This document shows, piece by piece, positions 33,593 through 38,144 of a stretch of DNA of 38,144 bases. The position numbers were made by a program, and so were the translations under genes. The stretch comes from Candidatus Bathyarchaeota archaeon. GTDB taxonomy: Archaea; Thermoproteota; Bathyarchaeia; TCS64. Within the stretch, counting starts at the first letter, position 1. Each line of letters begins with the position of its first letter. The notes below the pieces were generated by a model. The model was not told the origin of the DNA. It was given only the letters and a program-made list of their open reading frames with translations, and did not search any database. Location: positions 1 through 38,144 of the forward strand of contig JAEHCT010000001.1 of NCBI GenBank assembly GCA_020697635.1, read 5' to 3'.

Positions 33593-35018
33593 ACACCGAG
33601 ACGACGCCCGGTGTGGGGTCTATCTTCATCCTCCTCTGGAAGGGCGTCTGGTCCTGGAAGCTCCCCGTGCTAACCAGGGTGACGTTCTTGTACTTCCGAT
33701 GCTCGAAGATGTGGATGTGGCCCATGACGAAGACGTCCGGTATCTCCCTGATCACGAGCCTGTCGATCTTCTCGGGCGCCAGCGGCGTTGACTGGCCGTA
33801 GATGGGCGCCACGTGGTTGCACCTGAGGAGCAGCTCCACGGCCTTTATGGGGTTGTGGAAGTCGTGGCCCGGCGTCGAGCTCAGTATGTCGTCCAGAGCC
33901 TTGCCGTGGGCCAGCAGCATCTTCACGCCGTGGAGGCTTATGGTGGAGGGGTTCGGCAGCATATGGACCCGTTCGTCCTTGTGGAGGCTCGGGGCGTAGC
34001 TCTCAGGGATCGGGGGCTGAGGCAGGCTCCTCCTGACGGCGTCGTGGTTCCCGGGTATTATGACTACCTCCACGTGCTCCGGCAGCTGTGCCAGGAGCCT
34101 CGCAGCCTCCTCGTACTGGGCGTCCTGGGTGGTAAATGTGAGCTCGTGTAGCTGATCAGGGTAGATCCCTATGCCGTCCACGAGGTCGCCGGCTATGACC
34201 ACGTATTTGACCCTCGAGGCGAGTTCCCTGGAAGCCTGCGGCCCCAGATCCATGTTCATCCACTTGATGAACCTCTCGAAGAGGTCTTCCCTGAAGTACT
34301 TGCTCCCCACGTGTACGTCGCCTATGATCACGGCGCAGACGGGCTCGTCGGCCCTGCGGGAGTCGCGTATGGGGACGTCCGGCCAGATGAGGTCGTTGGC
34401 GATGAGGAGGTCGTCCTTGTACTTGAGGCCGTCTATGCATATCACCTGGTCGTTCAGGATCTCCATGCCTTTCTCAACGGCCTCGGCGCCCGACACCATG
34501 ACGGTGATGGATGTCTCCGGGGACTCAAGTTCCAGGAACAGCCTGTTGCTTCTGGCGCGTTTCCCGCTGACGAGGCCTATGGTCTTGAACTTGGACTTGA
34601 CTGGGAGCTTCACTGCCTGGCTCAGAGGGATGGCGTCACGGACGTCGACGCGCCTCTTGAGTATGATCTCAAGCTGAGCAAACCTGCTGTTGAACAAGTC
34701 TATGAAGCCGTTCAAGTCTCCCTCAGGCGCCGGCTCGTCCACGGGCATCACCTCCAGCCTGGACTCTATCCTCGCCGCCAGAGGTGGTCGGGCTTCCCGT
34801 ACCACCCGCATTGGCTCCGACGCCTTGGAGAGGCTCAACAGGAACTCCTGGTCTATGACGAAAAGCTCTGGCCGGCCCTCCGCTACCTGGAGGGCTCTCT
34901 CTACGACGGCCTTCACATGCTCCAAGGGAATGGCCTGGAGGTGGGTGAACGCGTCTGGGGTTAGCTGGTACCCCCTCTCTACCACCCTGCTGAGGATGGG
35001 CAGGAGTTCCTGTGTCAC
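33540..35018 (-). CDS. polB: DNA polymerase II (PolD) small subunit DP1
   Basis: 492 aa. Calcineurin-like phosphoesterase motifs occur in DP1 order: GDVHVGS, AGDLVDG, PGNHD, AHG, GHIH. The N-terminal helical domain and OB-like middle region are present. Confidence 0.9.
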   Translation of the reverse strand: MTQELLPILSRVVERGYQLTPDAFTHLQAIPLEHVKAVVERALQVAEGRPELFVIDQEFLLSLSKASEPMRVVREARPPLAARIESRLEVMPVDEPAPEGDLNGFIDLFNSRFAQLEIILKRRVDVRDAIPLSQAVKLPVKSKFKTIGLVSGKRARSNRLFLELESPETSITVMVSGAEAVEKGMEILNDQVICIDGLKYKDDLLIANDLIWPDVPIRDSRRADEPVCAVIIGDVHVGSKYFREDLFERFIKWMNMDLGPQASRELASRVKYVVIAGDLVDGIGIYPDQLHELTFTTQDAQYEEAARLLAQLPEHVEVVIIPGNHDAVRRSLPQPPIPESYAPSLHKDERVHMLPNPSTISLHGVKMLLAHGKALDDILSSTPGHDFHNPIKAVELLLRCNHVAPIYGQSTPLAPEKIDRLVIREIPDVFVMGHIHIFEHRKYKNVTLVSTGSFQDQTPFQRRMKIDPTPGVVSVFNLMNYQNIPLDLERLD

Positions 35019-35028
35019 GGCGGATCGT

Positions 35029-35370
35029 TTACTTGGCGGCTATCACGTAGTCGACTCGCGGCGGGCTGAAGAGCTCGATTATCACGGCGGGCTCGTCGCC
35101 CGTGGTCTCGAACTTATGCTCCTCGTTGGGGGGCACTCGCCAAGCCGCTCCCGGGGTGGCTTTGACCGTCCTGCCGCCTGAGCTAAGCTCCCCCTTCCCC
35201 GAGAGGAGGGTGCCCATCTGCTCGTGGGGGTGGCTGTGCCAGTCGACGACGGCGCCAGGATTGATGACTATGTAGCAGAGGGAGGCGTTGTGGCCGTTCC
35301 CTATGATGCTTATCTTTACTCCGGGCACCGGCTCGAGGCACGGAGCCTTCTCCCATGTCGTGTCTTCCAT
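35029..35370 (-). CDS. Cupin-domain protein
   Basis: Cupin motif 1 G.VVDWHSHPHEQMGTLLSG and motif 2 G..W.VP.N..H are present. ATG 35370 is preferred over the TTG at 35406. Confidence 0.75.
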   Translation of the reverse strand: MEDTTWEKAPCLEPVPGVKISIIGNGHNASLCYIVINPGAVVDWHSHPHEQMGTLLSGKGELSSGGRTVKATPGAAWRVPPNEEHKFETTGDEPAVIIELFSPPRVDYVIAAK

Positions 35371-35406
35371 GGACCTCTCTATGGCGCTGAAGGTATTTGA
35401 ACCCAA

Positions 35407-36099
35407 CTAGAGGCCGATTGGGGCCTGCTCCTTCCGCTCCAGGATGATGTCTCTAATCTCCTTGCGGATGCTGTACCTGTAGGGCATCCCGGAGGTGTTC
35501 CTGTCTATGAATCCCCTGTCGTAGAGCTTCTTCAGGAGCCGGGCTGTGTGCTCCCTCGTCCTGTCGATCTTCTCCCGTATCTCGGGGACGGTGCCCTCCC
35601 CCAGATCCACTATCATCTCAAGGACCTCCATCTCGGTTTCCGTGAGCTGCTGGAAAACGTCCTCGCCCTGAACCGGAATGGGTGCGTCGACCCGCGTGGC
35701 CACGGGTGCCAAACGCGGCTGAGTGGCGAGCTTGGTGAGGTCGGTCTTCATCTCCTGTAGGGAGTTCTCGATGGTGTCAACTCGCTCTGAGAGCTCCTTC
35801 ACCTTCTCCAGCCCCTTGAGGGCGGCGTCGTTGCCACCCTGTGTAGCCTTCAGGGCCTCGTTGGCCATGTACCTGGCCTGGCTGGCTTCGCGCTCTATCC
35901 TGTCGAGGCCAGTCTCCATCTTCTTGGCCTGGCGCGTGAACCCCGAGGTTATGTTCCTGACGGTGGACTTGCTCTCCTCGTACTCTATCTGAGCCATCTT
36001 TATGCGCTTGTAGAAGATGTAGCTAGCGGCCAAGATCACTATTAACAACGCGATGGTGGTGTACACTAGCGCCAAGGATCTCCCCTGTATTGTGCTCAC
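35407..36099 (-). CDS. Membrane-tethered coiled-coil protein with a C-terminal winged-helix (MarR/TrmB-like) DNA-binding domain
   Basis: 230 aa. It has an N-terminal TM (LALVYTTIALLIVILAASYIFY) followed by KRIK, so positive-inside puts the rest in the cytoplasm. About 110 aa of heptad-like sequence follows. The C-terminal segment is LTETEMEVLEMIVDLGEGTVPEIREKIDRTREHTARLLKKLYDRGFIDR. Confidence 0.6.
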   Translation of the reverse strand: MSTIQGRSLALVYTTIALLIVILAASYIFYKRIKMAQIEYEESKSTVRNITSGFTRQAKKMETGLDRIEREASQARYMANEALKATQGGNDAALKGLEKVKELSERVDTIENSLQEMKTDLTKLATQPRLAPVATRVDAPIPVQGEDVFQQLTETEMEVLEMIVDLGEGTVPEIREKIDRTREHTARLLKKLYDRGFIDRNTSGMPYRYSIRKEIRDIILERKEQAPIGL

Positions 36100-36146
36100 G
36101 GTCTCCCTTTTTTACGGTTTCGGATACACGAATAATTTGATTAGAG

Positions 36147-36196
36147 GTAAACAATTCAAACAAAGTTGGATTGTTTAACAGGTTGTACATGTTTAC
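36147..36196. promoter_or_regulatory. Cluster of GTAAACA / TTGTTTAACA / TGTTTAC elements in the divergent promoter region
   Basis: GTAAACA lies at 36147-53, TTGTTTAACA at 36171-80, TGTACA at 36184-89 and TGTTTAC at 36190-96. Confidence 0.4.
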
Positions 36197-36232
36197 ATAC
36201 TTAGAGTTTAAATCACGCAGTACATCTAAAAC

Positions 36233-38144
36233 TTGAATGCTTTGAGTTCCGGCGAATGGGTCGAGGTGAGGATCGGCATCACAGGCAGGGTCCAGGGCGT
36301 AGGCTTCAGGCCTTTCATCTACCGGATGGCGGTTAGGAATGGTCTCGTCGGGTACGTCATAAACCTAGGAGACGCCGGCGTCGAGATAGTCGTGGAAGGC
36401 GAGGAAACCCAGGTAGCTCAGTTCCTTCGCGACGTCAGGGAGGAGGCCCCCGAAGTCTCCGAGATCGAGGGCATAGTCCACGAGTGCAGGCCGTACCGTG
36501 GCAGGTTCACCGAGTTCGTCATCGACAAGAGCCAGAACAGGGGCAGGGTCGCGTCGGGCATCTACCCGCCGGACATAGGCATATGCCCCCAGTGCCGGGG
36601 AGACATGGCAGCCCGGGAGAGCAGGTGGTACGAGTACCCTTTCACGGCCTGCGCCTGGTGTGGCCCCCGTTTCACGTCTGTAAGGGCCCTCCCCTACGAT
36701 CGTGAGCGTACCCACATGCACGAGTTCCCCATGTGCGAGCACTGCAAGAAGGACTACCACGACCCCATGGACAGGCGGTTCGACGCCCAGGGCATCACTT
36801 GCAGCGTCTGCGGGCCCGAGATGAGTCTATACGACGCCTACGGAAAGCCGATGGAAGCCGACGACTTGTTCAGGGAGGTCTCCGAGTACCTGAAGGAGGG
36901 CAGCATCGTCGCAGTGAAGGGCATCGGCGGCATACATCTCGCCTCTCTAGCCACCAGAGACGACATCATCGAGGAGTTCAGGAAGAGGAAGAACAGGCCA
37001 TACCAGCCCCTCGCGTTGATGTCCCCGGATCTTAACTCGGTGAAAACCTATGCTGAGCTGGATGGTGACGAGGCCAGGGTGATCCAGTCATGGAGAAAAC
37101 CAATCGTGCTGTTGAAGAAGAGGCATAGGGTCATCTCTGAGCTTGTCGCCCCGGGGCTGGATACGATAGGCGTGATGCTCCCCTACACGGGGATCCAGAC
37201 GATGCTGTTCGAGAGGCTCAACGAGCCTGCGCTGATCATGACCAGCGGCAACAAGAAGGGTCTACCCATGGCTATCTCAAACAGGGCCGCGTTCGACGAG
37301 ATCGGCGGAATAGCCGACTACTATCTGCTCCACAACAGGGAGATCGTGAACCGAAGCGACGACTCTGTCCTTAGGATGATCGACGGTAGCACCGCTTTCA
37401 CGAGGAGATCCAGGGGCTACGTTCCAGACCCCATCGACGTCCCACTGAAGAAGGGAATAGGGTTAGCCGTTGGCGCTGAGCTCAGGAACGCGGCCGCCGT
37501 GGCCACCAACGGTAAGGTCTTCATGACGCAGTACCTCGGGGACACGGACACGCTGGAGAGCTTGAGGTTCGAGGAGGAGGCCATCCAGATCATGCGTGAC
37601 CTGCTTAATGTCACGCGTGACCCGGATGTGATAGGGTGTGACCTCCATCCGGGGTACATGACGTCACAGATGGCGGAAGTGATATCACGTGAGACGGGTG
37701 TGACGCTGGTGAAGTCACAGCATCATCACGCCCACATAGTCTCTGTCATGGCTGAGAACAACGTCTCTAGGGATGATGGGATACTAGGGATCGCCTTAGA
37801 CGGCGCGGGATACGGCTCAGATAGGCAAATTTGGGGTGGAGAGATATTAAAATCAACTTACAACGGGTTTGAGAGGCTCGGACACCTCGAGAACGTGCCC
37901 ATGCCAGGAGGGGACCTATGCGCATACCACCCATACAGGATGCTTGTGGCGGGACTTAGTAACACTGTCACAAGTGATATTATACGTGATATCACAGAAA
38001 ATCACGTCGAAAAGGCACTACCCCATGGGAAAACAGAGCTGGAAGTCATCTTAAAGCAACTAAAAGATCCTGAAATCCGTAAGACTTCGAGCGCTGGACG
38101 GTTCTTAGACTCCATAGCCGCCCTACTCGGGTCAACATACTATA
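36233..38144 (+). CDS. hypF: [NiFe]-hydrogenase maturation carbamoyltransferase HypF; C-terminus runs off the window end
   Basis: Hand translation from TTG 36233 (in-frame TAA at 36227-29) shows the expected domains in order. These are an acylphosphatase domain (RVQGVGFRPFIYR), two C-x2-C-x18-C-x2-C zinc fingers (CPQC..CAWC, CEHC..CSVC), a YrdC-like domain (VAVKGIGGIHLA) and a Kae1-like domain (QHHHAHIVS). It is open to position 38144. Confidence 0.92.
   Translation, partial: MNALSSGEWVEVRIGITGRVQGVGFRPFIYRMAVRNGLVGYVINLGDAGVEIVVEGEETQVAQFLRDVREEAPEVSEIEGIVHECRPYRGRFTEFVIDKSQNRGRVASGIYPPDIGICPQCRGDMAARESRWYEYPFTACAWCGPRFTSVRALPYDRERTHMHEFPMCEHCKKDYHDPMDRRFDAQGITCSVCGPEMSLYDAYGKPMEADDLFREVSEYLKEGSIVAVKGIGGIHLASLATRDDIIEEFRKRKNRPYQPLALMSPDLNSVKTYAELDGDEARVIQSWRKPIVLLKKRHRVISELVAPGLDTIGVMLPYTGIQTMLFERLNEPALIMTSGNKKGLPMAISNRAAFDEIGGIADYYLLHNREIVNRSDDSVLRMIDGSTAFTRRSRGYVPDPIDVPLKKGIGLAVGAELRNAAAVATNGKVFMTQYLGDTDTLESLRFEEEAIQIMRDLLNVTRDPDVIGCDLHPGYMTSQMAEVISRETGVTLVKSQHHHAHIVSVMAENNVSRDDGILGIALDGAGYGSDRQIWGGEILKSTYNGFERLGHLENVPMPGGDLCAYHPYRMLVAGLSNTVTSDIIRDITENHVEKALPHGKTELEVILKQLKDPEIRKTSSAGRFLDSIAALLGSTYY

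Noticed and set aside
1-38144. Search for CRISPR arrays, IS elements or transposases, integrases, rRNA or tRNA genes and long tandem repeats.
   Set aside because: I saw no regularly spaced 25-40-bp direct repeats and no DDE or tyrosine-recombinase-like ORFs. No spacer is long or structured enough for a tRNA or rRNA. The short tandem repeats seen reflect protein repeats in coding sequence, for example GTGATCGCC/GTGATCGTC at about 17679 and the coiled-coil codon repeats at about 25330-25400.

Overview
This is a densely packed archaeal chromosomal window. The evidence is a PolD small subunit (DP1), an archaeal translin-like protein, DUF99, HypF, AT-rich BRE/TATA-like promoter patches, and AGG/AGA/ATA-rich codon usage in a genome that is otherwise GC-rich and GC3-biased. 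Composition was judged by eye, not computed. It looks like a thermophile, but I cannot assign a lineage.

I support about 37 protein genes. I found no rRNA, tRNA, CRISPR array, transposase or integrase. Two genes run off the window ends and are therefore missing from the ORF track: a DAO-family FAD oxidoreductase (1-1040, minus) and hypF (36233-38144, plus). One small zinc-ribbon gene (21683-21856) is missing because it is under 60 aa.

- **Block 1 (1-17.6 kb):** an accessory-looking catabolic island. It holds an FAD oxidoreductase, a membrane beta-propeller protein, a hydantoin-racemase-family gene, a five-gene Opp/Dpp-type ABC importer, an M29/NicX-like protein, hyuA/hyuB-type ATP-dependent hydantoinase/oxoprolinase, an MFS transporter, an M19 dipeptidase and a creatininase-family amidohydrolase.
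- **Block 2 (17.6-23.5 kb):** small regulatory and housekeeping genes. These are a GAF histidine kinase, an XRE plus membrane-protein module, translin, the Zn-ribbon gene and cysS.
- **Block 3 (23.6-31.7 kb):** an M20 amidohydrolase, a BMP-family nucleoside ABC importer, a nucleoside phosphorylase and an MBL hydrolase.
- **Block 4 (31.7-38.1 kb):** the most unusual part.
  - A divergent wHTH / RHH-fusion + DUF99 (EndoV-like) module sits on a low-GC patch. Its intergenic region carries a 16-bp perfect palindrome, phased GTAAACA repeats and a GC palindrome.
  - It is followed by a membrane-tethered wHTH - cupin - PolD-DP1 operon and then hypF.
  - A related TTGTT(T/A)AACA element recurs in both divergent promoters and inside the DUF99 gene.

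All family calls come from motif recognition by reading. No searches were run.
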